This document shows, one piece after another, positions 1 to 8,793 of a stretch of DNA of 64,000 nucleotides. Both the position numbers and the translations under genes were made by a program. Below the pieces are notes generated by a model. It ran no database searches and was not told the DNA's origin. It saw nothing but the letters and a program-made list of their open reading frames with translations. Origin of the DNA: an uncultured Gammaproteobacteria bacterium (GTDB lineage: Bacteria > Patescibacteriota > Microgenomatia > PFEM01 > DATLAM01). Where the stretch lies: assembly GCA_964566925.1 (NCBI GenBank), contig CAZMIZ010000001.1, positions 7,248-71,247 on the forward strand, given 5' to 3'. The first letter of the stretch is position 1. Every line of letters begins with the position of its first letter.

Positions 1-188
1 TTCTTTGTTTCAGTTGATGAAATACCTACTTGCTTTAAGGTTAAAGCTGATGATTTGGGCGGATTAAGAAATTCTTGTTGTTGTTTTTTGGTTTCCAAGC
101 CCCGATTTTTAAGGATTGTTTTAATGATTTCTGTTTGTCGGGCCGCTCTATCTTTTGATCTGATCTTACTTAAAATTCGCCACCTCAT
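1..188 (-). CDS. Partial ORF (N-terminus only; continues past window start). The N-terminal region has a weak RecJ/DHH-family flavour (ILKNRGLETKKQQQEFLNPP)
   Basis: ATG at 188..186. Open frame runs to position 1 with no stop. It is divergent from cca, with about 20 nt between the two starts. Homology is a weak impression from a 62-aa N-terminal fragment. Confidence 0.25.
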   Translation of the reverse strand, partial: MRWRILSKIRSKDRAARQTEIIKTILKNRGLETKKQQQEFLNPPKSSALTLKQVGISSTETK

Positions 189-208
189 TGTGCTATGATA
201 ATACCAGG

Positions 209-1597
209 ATGAAGGTTAAGTTGCCAGCCTTTGTGAAAAAAATTTTGGCTACTTTTGAAAAAGAGGGCCACCAGATTTATATTGTGGGTGGGGTGGTCCG
301 AGACCTGGTTATCGGTCGTCAAGCGGTTGACTGGGATTTCACCACTGATGCTCCCCCAAAAGTAATCCTCTCCATTTTTCCTGATGGCTTCTATGACAAT
401 CAATTCGGAACCGTTGGTGTCGTCGACCTAAAAGAAAAGAAAAAGAGAGATATTTATGGTAAACCTCTTGTTTATGAAATTACCACTTTTCGAAAAGAAA
501 TTGGCTACACTGATCGGCGTCATCCCGACCAGGTCATTTGGGGAAAAACTTTAGAAGAAGACTTAGTCCGGCGGGATTTTACTATTAACGCCATGGCTCT
601 CCAAAGGATTAAAGGCGATGAATTTAAAATTATTGATCCTCATCGGGGCCAAGAAGATATTAAAAAACGCCTTATTCGGGCTGTCGGTAATCCTAATAAG
701 CGCTTCCAAGAAGACGCTTTACGGATGATGCGCGGCATCAGAATCGCTACCCAGCTCGGTTTTAAAATCGAAGAAAAAACTTTCCAAGCGATGAAAAAAA
801 ACATTAATCTGATTAAACATGTCAGCGCCGAAAGAATCAGGGACGAACTTTTTAAACTTCTCTCTTATCAATACGCAGCTGATGGCTATCTGATTTTAAG
901 AAATTCCGGCTTAGGTGAAAAAATCCTTCCTGAAGCAGAAAAAATGTTTGGGGTTGAACAAAAATCGCCAGGAAGACATCATCTTGACGACGTCGGCACC
1001 CACGCGGTCAAGTCTTTAAGAGCCAGTCAATCAAAAGACCCGATTCTCAATCTGGCAATCCTTCTTCATGATGTTGGCAAACCGATTGTCGCTGGTAAAG
1101 ACAAAAAGGGAACGATTACCTTTTACAACCACGAAGTGGTGGGAGCTTCAATTGCCAGAAACATTGCCCAAAGATTAAAGTTTTCTAAAAAAGATCGGGA
1201 ACGATTCTTTACTCTGGTTCGCTGGCATCAGTTTACGGTTGACGAAAGACAAACCGACAAAGCTATCCGCCGATTCATTAGAAATGTTGGCAAGGAAAAT
1301 TTGGCTGATATCCTAGAAGCTAGACGGGCTGATCGAGTTGGAGGCGGAGCCCGAGAAACCTCTTGGCGATTGGAACGATTTAAGAAAAAACTGGTTGAGG
1401 TCCAAAAACAACCTTTTTCGGTTGCTGATTTGAAGGTTACCGGGCATGACGTGATGAAAATCTTAGACCTCCACCAAGGTCCTTTGGTGGGAAAAATTTT
1501 AAATCAACTTTATCGAGAAGTGGTTGAAGATAAAAATAAGAATAAACGCCCCTATCTTCTCAAACGGATTAAGGTGGTTGGGAAAAATCTAAACTAA
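209..1597 (+). CDS. cca: CCA-adding tRNA nucleotidyltransferase / poly(A) polymerase-family enzyme with C-terminal HD domain
   Basis: Pol-beta nucleotidyltransferase head (GGVVRDLVIGRQAVDWDFTTD). HD motif LAILLHDVGKP. The ORF track starts at a TTG at 188; the in-frame ATG at 209 (MKVKLP) is preferred. Confidence 0.8.
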   Translation: MKVKLPAFVKKILATFEKEGHQIYIVGGVVRDLVIGRQAVDWDFTTDAPPKVILSIFPDGFYDNQFGTVGVVDLKEKKKRDIYGKPLVYEITTFRKEIGYTDRRHPDQVIWGKTLEEDLVRRDFTINAMALQRIKGDEFKIIDPHRGQEDIKKRLIRAVGNPNKRFQEDALRMMRGIRIATQLGFKIEEKTFQAMKKNINLIKHVSAERIRDELFKLLSYQYAADGYLILRNSGLGEKILPEAEKMFGVEQKSPGRHHLDDVGTHAVKSLRASQSKDPILNLAILLHDVGKPIVAGKDKKGTITFYNHEVVGASIARNIAQRLKFSKKDRERFFTLVRWHQFTVDERQTDKAIRRFIRNVGKENLADILEARRADRVGGGARETSWRLERFKKKLVEVQKQPFSVADLKVTGHDVMKILDLHQGPLVGKILNQLYREVVEDKNKNKRPYLLKRIKVVGKNLN

Positions 1598-1600
1598 AAA

Positions 1601-1620
1601 AAGACGGATTTCTCCGTCTT
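1601..1620. terminator. Bidirectional intrinsic terminator hairpin between convergent cca (+) and the 1643..1876 (-) gene
   Basis: aAGACGGAtttcTCCGTCTt is an 8-bp stem with a 4-nt loop. An A7 run lies 5' of it, which gives a U-tract on the minus strand. T-rich sequence follows 3'. Confidence 0.55.
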
Positions 1621-1642
1621 CTATCTTCCCAAGATTACTCTT

Positions 1643-1876
1643 TTAATACATTCCTTTTTCGCCTGCTTTATAAGTGGCGATGTTCTTACACTCGTCAAAC
1701 TCCGTTTCCCCTAGCGTCTTGAATTCCAAAATACATTTCGCTCGGGCGGTTTCTGCTTCTATTTCATTTTTATCAAATAAATATTCTCTTACCGTTAAAA
1801 TTAGAAGCAGACCTAAAACAAAAACAATCAGTTGCCAAATCAAAGAATCCTGATCTAGTTTCACAATTCCTCTCAA
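1643..1876 (-). CDS. Hypothetical small protein with one predicted TM helix
   Basis: 77-aa ORF with a hydrophobic stretch LIVFVLGLLLILTV. No recognisable motif. Confidence 0.35.
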   Translation of the reverse strand: MRGIVKLDQDSLIWQLIVFVLGLLLILTVREYLFDKNEIEAETARAKCILEFKTLGETEFDECKNIATYKAGEKGMY

Positions 1877-1905
1877 GGTTACTATATTAAACTTCCCTCA
1901 TCTTG

Positions 1906-2292
1906 TCAATTTTCAGGTATAGACTCATCCCCAGTTCGGGTTTTGAGAAGATGGAGAAACAAAAGCACTTCCATACCTTCGGTTACTCTTTGTCTTTCTT
2001 CTAAAGGGACGTCTTTTAAAAGATCTTCCCTTTCAGTTTGGGCCGCTTCTATTCCTCCTGCCGCCAACAGGTCGGCATAAGTCCCAATTACCAGTCGGGC
2101 TGATTCCGAAGAGCCTTCAAAAGCTTCAAATATCCTTTCCTCTGTCATGGTTTCTTTTACTGAATCTGGGCATTCTCCCTTAGCACCTCTCTGTGGGTCT
2201 TTACATTCAGTAAGACAAAATTTTTTAGTAATTGGGCCTCTGACCCCTGACTGATAACAAAAAAATTCTTCTTTTCCAGTTTTCTCAGCCAT
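1906..2292 (-). CDS. Hypothetical protein with a 4-Cys cluster (CYQ..C..EC...C)
   Basis: The ORF has two in-frame ATGs. The one at 2292 (MAEKTGKEEFF) is preceded by an AGGAG RBS with 8-nt spacing. A candidate promoter TTGCTG-17-TAAAAT lies about 45 nt upstream. Confidence 0.4.
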   Translation of the reverse strand: MAEKTGKEEFFCYQSGVRGPITKKFCLTECKDPQRGAKGECPDSVKETMTEERIFEAFEGSSESARLVIGTYADLLAAGGIEAAQTEREDLLKDVPLEERQRVTEGMEVLLFLHLLKTRTGDESIPEN

Positions 2293-2430
2293 TTTTACTC
2301 CTGTTTTCAATTAAATTTTTCTCGACTTCAATTTTACCCTATAAATTTGCTTTCAGCAACTTAAAGGGCAGATCATTTCCTAAAGAAGGAAGAAATTGAT
2401 GGTTAACTAATTAAGGTTAGTCAATAATAA

Positions 2431-3177
2431 CTAAAGTTCGATTTTGGAGAATAAATAACTGCCAACGACCAACAAAACTCCGGTTGCCGTGCCCAGAAGC
2501 AGAAAATCCTGGAAAAAACCAAACTGATAACCAGTCCCTAAAGCTCCTCTTAAACCATCCACCCCATAGGAAAGCGGGTCAATCATCGCCACCACCGTTA
2601 AAGCCCTGGGTAAGTTTTCTAAAGGAAAAAGAGCACCTGACAAGAAAAAGAGGGGCATCACTAAAAAATTCATAATTAATTGAAAGCCGTGCATGTCTTC
2701 CATTTTTGAGGCAATGGCTGTTCCGAAAGCCGTAAAAAGCAAGGCAATCAGGAGCATAAAAAGGTAAACTAGGAAAAAAGACAACCAGCTACTTAAACGA
2801 AAACCAATTAAAAAAGAAATCAAAAGAACCACCGTTCCCTGAAAAATGGCCACCGTCGCCCCGCCCAAAGTCCGACCAATCATAATCTCCATTCTTGAAA
2901 CCGGCGCCACCAAAGTTTCTTTTAAAAAACCAAACTGGCGATCCCAAATAATCTCAATTCCGGAAAACATGGCCGTGAACAAAACGCTCATGGCAATGAT
3001 CCCGGGCACCAAAAATTTCATATAGGACTCCCCGGCCGCTCTTTGATAAATTGGCCCAAAACCAAACCCTAAGGCAACAAGAAAAAGCAAAGGTTGACCC
3101 AAAGCACCCACTAATCGGGACCGAGACCGGAAATATCTTTTTAATTGTCTTAACCACAAAATATAAATAGTGTTCAT
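2431..3177 (-). CDS. ABC-2 family transporter permease
   Basis: 248 aa with six predicted TM segments. It overlaps the upstream ATPase gene by 4 nt. Confidence 0.7.
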   Translation of the reverse strand: MNTIYILWLRQLKRYFRSRSRLVGALGQPLLFLVALGFGFGPIYQRAAGESYMKFLVPGIIAMSVLFTAMFSGIEIIWDRQFGFLKETLVAPVSRMEIMIGRTLGGATVAIFQGTVVLLISFLIGFRLSSWLSFFLVYLFMLLIALLFTAFGTAIASKMEDMHGFQLIMNFLVMPLFFLSGALFPLENLPRALTVVAMIDPLSYGVDGLRGALGTGYQFGFFQDFLLLGTATGVLLVVGSYLFSKIEL

Positions 3178-3989
3178 CTTCCCCTCGCTCTCCTCATTAA
3201 GTGGAGGCGATCAAAATTTTTGACCTCCTCTTCTCTAATTTCATAACCAGTGAGAGTAATAAAAGCTTCTTCGAGAGATTTCTTTTTTGTTTTTCTTTTA
3301 AGCTGATTGGCTGAACCCTGGGCAATAATCTGGCCGTGATCCATAATGGCAATTCTGTGAGCCATTTTTTCTGCTTCTTCCATATAATGGGTGGTAAAAA
3401 AGATAGTCGTTTTCTCCTTTCGATTAAGCTCTTTAATATAATTCCAAATATGGGTTCTTGTCTGGGGGTCTAGGCCTAAAGTGGGTTCATCCAGAAAAAA
3501 GATTTGAGGGTTATGCAAAAGCCCTCGAGCCACTTCGAGCCTTCTTCTCATTCCACCGGAAAAAGTTTTAATTAAGTTATCTTTTCTTTCCCAAAGCTCA
3601 ACGAATTTTAGAAGCCGCTCAATCCTCTTTTGACGTAAATCACGAGGAACTTTATATAAAGCGCCGTGAATTTCCATATTTTCCCAAGCCGTCAATTGAT
3701 CATCTAAACTAGGATCCTGAAAAACAATTCCAAAGGAGCGCCGCACCTCATTTTCTTGACCAGCGGGATCATAACCATTAATTTTGATAGAACCTTGGCT
3801 AGGATTAGTCAGGGTAGTGAGAATTTTAATGGTGGTTGTCTTACCAGCACCATTAGGACCTAAAAAAGCAAAAATTTCCCCTTTTTTAACATTGAAGGAG
3901 ATGTTATCCACCGCCCTTAAACCATTGTAGGTTTTGGTTAAATTTTTGACTTTAATAATTAAATTGTTTCGAGATCTTTTTGGTTTCAT
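3174..3989 (-). CDS. ABC transporter ATP-binding protein
   Basis: Walker A GPNGAGKTT, signature LSGGMRRRLEVARGL, Walker B FFLDEPTLGLD. The start is trimmed to the internal ATG (MKPKRS), because an extended -10 promoter (TGcTATAAT) sits inside the longer ORF-track extension. Confidence 0.8.
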   Translation of the reverse strand: MKPKRSRNNLIIKVKNLTKTYNGLRAVDNISFNVKKGEIFAFLGPNGAGKTTTIKILTTLTNPSQGSIKINGYDPAGQENEVRRSFGIVFQDPSLDDQLTAWENMEIHGALYKVPRDLRQKRIERLLKFVELWERKDNLIKTFSGGMRRRLEVARGLLHNPQIFFLDEPTLGLDPQTRTHIWNYIKELNRKEKTTIFFTTHYMEEAEKMAHRIAIMDHGQIIAQGSANQLKRKTKKKSLEEAFITLTGYEIREEEVKNFDRLHLMRRARGR

Positions 3990-4005
3990 CTTCTTAATCT
4001 GGTTG

Positions 4006-4031
4006 ATTATAGCACAATTTTTTCTTGACAA
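4006..4031 (-). promoter_or_regulatory. Candidate sigma70 promoter with extended -10 (TGcTATAAT) for the ABC ATPase/permease pair
   Basis: Minus-strand TTGTCA-14nt-TGcTATAAT. The -10 is on the plus strand as attata at 4006-4011. The spacer is short, but the extended -10 may compensate. Confidence 0.35.
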
Positions 4032-4077
4032 AAGCCAGCTTCCGCGCTATTTTCTCGGGAATCTAAAAAATAAGAGG

Positions 4078-4962
4078 TTATTTTTTTCTTCGCTTCTCGA
4101 TTTGCTCCCAAATCACCAAAAACGGGGCGGCTGTGAATGTTGAGGAATATGTGCCGGCAATCGTGCCGATCAGAAGGGCCGCTACGAACCAGCGAATAGT
4201 CACTCCCCCTAAAAGTAGTAAGGCAATCAACATGAAGATAATTGTCAGAGAGTTATTCAAAGACCGGGCTAAAGTTTCGGTAATCGCCTTATTAATCAAA
4301 TCTTCAAAAGGCGTTCCGGGTAATCTTTTTTGCGACTCCCGAATCCGGTCATAAACCACCACCGTATCATGAACCGAAAAAGAAAGAATGGTTAGGACAG
4401 CGGTCACAAACAAAGTATCGACCTCCACCCCGAAAAAGTGACCCAGTAAAGAAAAACTGCCCAAAAGGATAAGGCTGTCATGAAACATCGCCAAAATTGC
4501 ACAAACCCCAAACTTTAAATCTTTAAATCGCCAGGCTACGTAACCCAAAATAGCCCCAGCCGCCAAAACAATGGCCACCATCGTTTTTACTAAAAGTTCT
4601 CTACCTAAAGTCGGCCCCACGGTTTCAAAGCGGACTTCTTCGGGCATTTCCTCAAATTTTTCTCCAAGAGCTGATTTGATTGTCGCCACATCATCTTTGG
4701 CGATTGGTTTCATCCGGATCAAAATCGTTTTTTCACCAGAAGACTGGACCGAGGAAACCTCAAAGTTTTGGTCTTCAATCAGTTCCTTTAATGACTGATG
4801 ATCGATGGTTGATGATTGATGTTCGAATCTTAATTCAAGTAGAGTGCCGCCAGTAAAATCAATGGCAGGACGAAGGCCATGAAGGGCCAAGGAAATAATC
4901 CCTGGAATCAAAACCAAAGCTGACAAAACAAAATAAAACCATTTAAAGCGCATGAAATTCAT
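4078..4962 (-). CDS. secF: Protein-export membrane protein SecF
   Basis: N-terminus MNFMRFKWFYFVLSALVLIPGIISLALHGLRPAIDFTGGT. SecDF-type TM topology. Lies directly downstream of secD. Confidence 0.85.
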   Translation of the reverse strand: MNFMRFKWFYFVLSALVLIPGIISLALHGLRPAIDFTGGTLLELRFEHQSSTIDHQSLKELIEDQNFEVSSVQSSGEKTILIRMKPIAKDDVATIKSALGEKFEEMPEEVRFETVGPTLGRELLVKTMVAIVLAAGAILGYVAWRFKDLKFGVCAILAMFHDSLILLGSFSLLGHFFGVEVDTLFVTAVLTILSFSVHDTVVVYDRIRESQKRLPGTPFEDLINKAITETLARSLNNSLTIIFMLIALLLLGGVTIRWFVAALLIGTIAGTYSSTFTAAPFLVIWEQIEKRRKK

Positions 4963-4966
4963 AGGC

Positions 4967-4994
4967 TAGGCATTAGGCACTAGGCATTAGGCAC
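4967..4994. repeat. Tandem 14-bp repeat (taggcattaggcac, two full copies plus partial copies on both sides) spanning the secD stop and the secD-secF spacer
   Basis: Direct reading: ataggc TAGGCATTAGGCAC TAGGCATTAGGCAC taggcg. The secD C-terminal residues SAPSA and the TAA stop are encoded inside the repeat. Confidence 0.6.
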
Positions 4995-6330
4995 TAGGCG
5001 CGGACACCTCCTTTCTTGAAAAAACACGCAAAATTGTTCGGGTAACGACAATGCCGGTGAAAAGGCTTAATAAAACCCCGATTCCTAGGGTTAAAGCAAA
5101 ACCTCGAACCATCCCTGAAGTAACTAAAAATGACCAGTTAAAGGGATTGAAAAGAATAAAACAGGTAATTAAAGTACAAATATTGGCGTCTCGGATCGAA
5201 TCCCAGGCCCGCCCAAAGCCCAGTTCCATCGCCACCGATCGTGGTTTACCAGAACGGACCTCTTCTTTCATCCGCTCAAAAATCAAAATATTGCTATCCA
5301 CCGCCATCCCGACGGAAAGAATAAAGCCGGCTACTCCCGGAAGAGTGAGGGTGACCGGAATTAACTTATAAAGAGCCAGGGTAATTAAACCGTAGATAAC
5401 CAAAGAAAAATCAGCTAAAATCCCGAGATAGCCGTAATAAGCCGCCATAAAACCAATCACCATTAAAAGCCCAATTAACCCAGCTTGAAGACTCCTTTGA
5501 ACCGATTGACTCCCTAAAGTAGCCCCAATGTTTCTTTGTTCAATAATCTTAATGGGGGCAGGTAAAGCCCCGGCATTAAGCTGAATCGAGAGTTTTTTAG
5601 CTTCATCTATATTAAATTCACCGGTAATCACCGCGTCGCCAGTGGTAATTTCCTCCTGAACCATCGGAATGGTAATCGGCAACTCATCAAGAAAAATCCC
5701 CACTGGCCGACCCACATTTCTTTTAGTGATTTCGGCAAACTTCTTCGCTCCCTCACTATTAAATTCTAAACCAACCACCGGCTGGCCAGTATTCGGATCA
5801 AACTGGACTTGAGAGCGAGCCAAATCCTTGCCAGTTAAACCGGTCTCTTGGTAATCAGCTAAGGTCGCTGCTTCGGTAGCTTCCGGAGAAAGTTCCCTAA
5901 AGTCAAGCTGGGCCGTCTGACCGATTAAATCAATAGCTTGATCGATTTCTCCGACTCCAGGCAACTCAACAATTAACCGGTAGCCTTCGCCGATTTTAGA
6001 AGTTTGGATTAAAGGTTCAGCAACCCCAAAAAGATTGACCCGGCGATCAATATTTTCTTTGGCCGCTTCCAGAGCTGAATCCCGATCTTCATCGGCAATC
6101 TCGCTCATGTCCGCCTGGAAAACCAAGTGGGTGCCGCCAGCTAAATCAATTCCCTGTTTAATCTCAAGATCCCGAGAAAATTGGAATTTACCTAAATTAA
6201 GATCAATCGCCGGCCGAGAAATTTCCTGATCTAAAAGGCGGAAACTGCTAGGTAAATCAATAAAAACAGAAAAAGCAGTTAAAACGATAATTAGCCAAAA
6301 AATTATTCGCGGCCGCATCGGCTCTATCAT
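4987..6330 (-). CDS. secD: Protein-export membrane protein SecD
   Basis: Motifs DLAGGTHLVFQAD, large periplasmic-type loop, and C-terminal 6-TM SecDF domain. Confidence 0.85.
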   Translation of the reverse strand: MIEPMRPRIIFWLIIVLTAFSVFIDLPSSFRLLDQEISRPAIDLNLGKFQFSRDLEIKQGIDLAGGTHLVFQADMSEIADEDRDSALEAAKENIDRRVNLFGVAEPLIQTSKIGEGYRLIVELPGVGEIDQAIDLIGQTAQLDFRELSPEATEAATLADYQETGLTGKDLARSQVQFDPNTGQPVVGLEFNSEGAKKFAEITKRNVGRPVGIFLDELPITIPMVQEEITTGDAVITGEFNIDEAKKLSIQLNAGALPAPIKIIEQRNIGATLGSQSVQRSLQAGLIGLLMVIGFMAAYYGYLGILADFSLVIYGLITLALYKLIPVTLTLPGVAGFILSVGMAVDSNILIFERMKEEVRSGKPRSVAMELGFGRAWDSIRDANICTLITCFILFNPFNWSFLVTSGMVRGFALTLGIGVLLSLFTGIVVTRTILRVFSRKEVSAPSA

Positions 6331-6366
6331 AGCACAAAACTAAGAATCCAGATATAATGAAACGCG

Positions 6367-7533
6367 ATGAAAGGTAATGTCCGTAAATACTATTTTTATC
6401 AGTTTTTTAACCACTTTGAGCTTTTCGGACCGGTGATTGTTCTCTTCTGGCAAGCAAGGGGTTTAAACATGACCCAAATCATGATTCTACAGTCTATTTA
6501 TGCTCTGGCTATTGTTTTTTTAGAGTTACCTACGGGCGCTATCGCTGATTATTTCGGTAAAAAACTAAGCCTTATCTTAGGCTCTCTTCTCTTCGCAATA
6601 GGAATGTTTGTTTATGGCCTGAGTTTTAAGTTTTGGCAATTCACTATTGGTGAGGTTATTTTGGCATCCGGGGCTGCTTTCATTTCTGGCGCCGACCGAG
6701 CTTTTATTCATGAAGTGCTTAAGGCGATCAAAAGGGAGAAAGATTATAAAAAGGTTGAGGGCCGCGCTCAAGGTTTGAAACAAACAGCCCATACCATCGG
6801 CAACTTGATAGGAGGTTTTGTAGGTACTTTTTCTCTTGGTCTTACCTTAATTATTTCGGCGGCAACTAGTTTAGTCGCTTTCTTTTTAGGAATGACCTTC
6901 AAAAGAACAAGAGAAAAGCTTCCAAGAGAAGAAGAAACAAAATACCTTGAAATCATTAAGCAAAGTCTGGCGATTATCAAAAACAACGAAAGGGTTTTGT
7001 GGTTAACTTTATTTTTCGCTGCCTTTAATGGTTTAGTCTGGACAACTAACTGGTTTTCTCAACCTTATTTGCAAATGTTTAAGGTGCCGGTGGTCTATTT
7101 CGGTTTAATCTTTGCCGCTTTTAATATTATCTCGGCGATTGGCTCATCCTTGGTTCCCCAATTCGAGAGAATAACTCGCGGCAGGCCATTTCTGGTAATG
7201 GGACTAATTGTCTCTATTTCAATGTTTTTACTTGGCCGGTTTCCTGGTCTTTACATCTTCCCACTCTGGTCACTTTTTGTCACCTTTTTGGTCATGAATC
7301 AAACTTTAGTTTCGGATCAGGTTTTGGCCTTGGTCCCGGCTGACCGGGCAGCGACAATTCTTTCTTTCCAGAATTTGTTAAGAAGATTTATCTATGCTGG
7401 ATTCGGGCCGGTTTTGGGGGTTGTTGCCGATAAACTTGGAATTTTGATCGCCTTACAATTAAACGCTATGGTTTTGTTTTTAGCTTTAGGCTTGTTACGC
7501 TTTACCCGCCGCAAAATCATTACTACAGGATAA
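6367..7533 (+). CDS. MFS-family transporter
   Basis: 388 aa with about 12 predicted TM helices and MFS-like loop motifs. A TATAAT box at 6353-6358 sits only 8 nt upstream of the ATG, so the mRNA may be leaderless. Confidence 0.65.
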   Translation: MKGNVRKYYFYQFFNHFELFGPVIVLFWQARGLNMTQIMILQSIYALAIVFLELPTGAIADYFGKKLSLILGSLLFAIGMFVYGLSFKFWQFTIGEVILASGAAFISGADRAFIHEVLKAIKREKDYKKVEGRAQGLKQTAHTIGNLIGGFVGTFSLGLTLIISAATSLVAFFLGMTFKRTREKLPREEETKYLEIIKQSLAIIKNNERVLWLTLFFAAFNGLVWTTNWFSQPYLQMFKVPVVYFGLIFAAFNIISAIGSSLVPQFERITRGRPFLVMGLIVSISMFLLGRFPGLYIFPLWSLFVTFLVMNQTLVSDQVLALVPADRAATILSFQNLLRRFIYAGFGPVLGVVADKLGILIALQLNAMVLFLALGLLRFTRRKIITTG

Positions 7534-7562
7534 AAATTTGTTTGTGATATACTAACGACAAA

Positions 7563-7904
7563 ATGAAAGTCATCAGAAAAAATCAAACCAAAAGATTTAA
7601 AAATAGTCCTGTTTGTATCGCCCATGAATATCCTCTGGGCGATAAAGATATCAACGGGGTGGTTATTGAGCTTAAAGGAAGATACCCCGACAAAGGCAGG
7701 GTTGTTAATCTTAAGTGTAAAGAATTGGTTTATCTTTTAGACGGCTCTGTTTTACTTGAGGTTGAAGGAAAAAAGATAAAACTAGAAAAGGGTGATGAAG
7801 TTTTAATCATGCCAAAAGAGAAGTATCTTTGGGATGGAAATTGTAGAATCTTTACCGCTTGTACTCCTGCTTGGTATCCCGAGCAACACAAAGAAGTCAA
7901 GTAA
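7563..7904 (+). CDS. Cupin-fold small protein
   Basis: 113 aa with a beta-rich pattern (VIELKGRYPDKGRVVNLKCKELVYLLDGSVLLEVEGKKIKLEKGDEVLI) typical of the cupin barrel. Confidence 0.4.
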   Translation: MKVIRKNQTKRFKNSPVCIAHEYPLGDKDINGVVIELKGRYPDKGRVVNLKCKELVYLLDGSVLLEVEGKKIKLEKGDEVLIMPKEKYLWDGNCRIFTACTPAWYPEQHKEVK

Positions 7905-8114
7905 TTACTGCTTCTTCGGGCGGCGTTTTTTAATGAAGGTCTTGGAAAGAGCTAGTTGTTTAGTGCCGGAAAAAGTATAAATGACCCGTCCCGTTTCAGG
8001 TTCAACCCTTACTTGGACTTCCTGCCCGGCTTTAACCCCCACCGAATTAACGAATTGAGAGGGAATGGTCACCGCCAAACTATTGCCGGTTCTAATAATC
8101 TTCTGTTTGGGCAT
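7905..8114 (-). CDS. AbrB/MazE/SpoVT-family DNA-binding small protein (antitoxin-like)
   Basis: The motif IIRTGNSLAVTIPSQF is characteristic of the swapped-hairpin AbrB/MazE fold. 69 aa with a basic C-terminus. Confidence 0.55.
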   Translation of the reverse strand: MPKQKIIRTGNSLAVTIPSQFVNSVGVKAGQEVQVRVEPETGRVIYTFSGTKQLALSKTFIKKRRPKKQ

Positions 8115-8115
8115 C

Positions 8116-8700
8116 TTAACCTACCTTACTCACCAATTCTTCTTCATCACCCACAATCATTATCCGAGAACCCCCAAGGATGCTTAAAACAAAAGGGTCG
8201 CGACGCCTTTTCCGAAACTCAAATTCGTCTTTGGTCATCACTGTATAATTGATTTCTCGCTCCAGTTTGGTTTCTTCCTCTCTAACTATTTTGGCTAATT
8301 CCGGCAAAACCAATTCACCCACAACCAAAAGATCGACTCCTCCCTCGATTGGCTCGAGGCAGCGGGCAAAGCGACCGGAAAGCATGGCAAACTTCACCTT
8401 TCCTAGCTTACTTTTGTTTTTGATAATCTTTCTGCCTAAACCGGCGGTCTTAGCAATCATTGAAAGAAGGTCTTGAAAGAGAGGGTAATCATTCCGAAAC
8501 CAATAGTAAAGCCGGTTGCCACGGGGTTCCTTTTTGACTAGCCCTCGCTTTTCCATCCGGGCCAACTCACGACGGACGGCATTAATTTCCTCCCCGGTGG
8601 CCCGCACTAAACCCCGAACATGATACATCTCTCCAGGTTTATAAAGGAAAATTTTGAGAAGTTTTACCCGGACTTTTGAGACCATTAAATCTTGCAACAT
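8116..8700 (-). CDS. Winged-HTH regulator fused to a minimal nucleotidyltransferase-like domain
   Basis: N-terminal wHTH (VRGLVRATGEEINAVRRELARMEKRGLVKK). C-terminal MLSGRFARCLEPIEGGVDLLVVGE resembles the NTase [GS]x9-13D[h]D motif. Lies 1 nt upstream of the AbrB-like gene. Confidence 0.4.
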   Translation of the reverse strand: MLQDLMVSKVRVKLLKIFLYKPGEMYHVRGLVRATGEEINAVRRELARMEKRGLVKKEPRGNRLYYWFRNDYPLFQDLLSMIAKTAGLGRKIIKNKSKLGKVKFAMLSGRFARCLEPIEGGVDLLVVGELVLPELAKIVREEETKLEREINYTVMTKDEFEFRKRRRDPFVLSILGGSRIMIVGDEEELVSKVG

Positions 8701-8793
8701 CTGTCTCCTTTTCCGCCTTCGCCCTTCGATTAACTCAGGACTACGGCGGATAAACCGGGCAGTCCAGCCCTCCGCAAAGAGCTGGGTAAAGCT

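Noticed and set aside
185-403. 72-aa minus-strand ORF from the track
   Set aside because: It lies entirely antisense within the 5' end of the cca gene and has no RBS or motif. The real minus-strand coding signal here is the separate partial ORF starting at 188.
2484-2675. Short antisense ORFs inside annotated genes (e.g. 2484..2675, 2954..3157, 5051..5371, 13083..13461, 16878..17108, 18682..18864, 42618..43188, 45672..46094, 49042..50106, 52855..53187, 63519..63719)
   Set aside because: All lie antisense or out of frame within strongly supported conserved genes (ABC permease, secD, comM, nitroreductase, RRM gene, rny, ribosomal genes). They are low-complexity or GC-skew artefacts.
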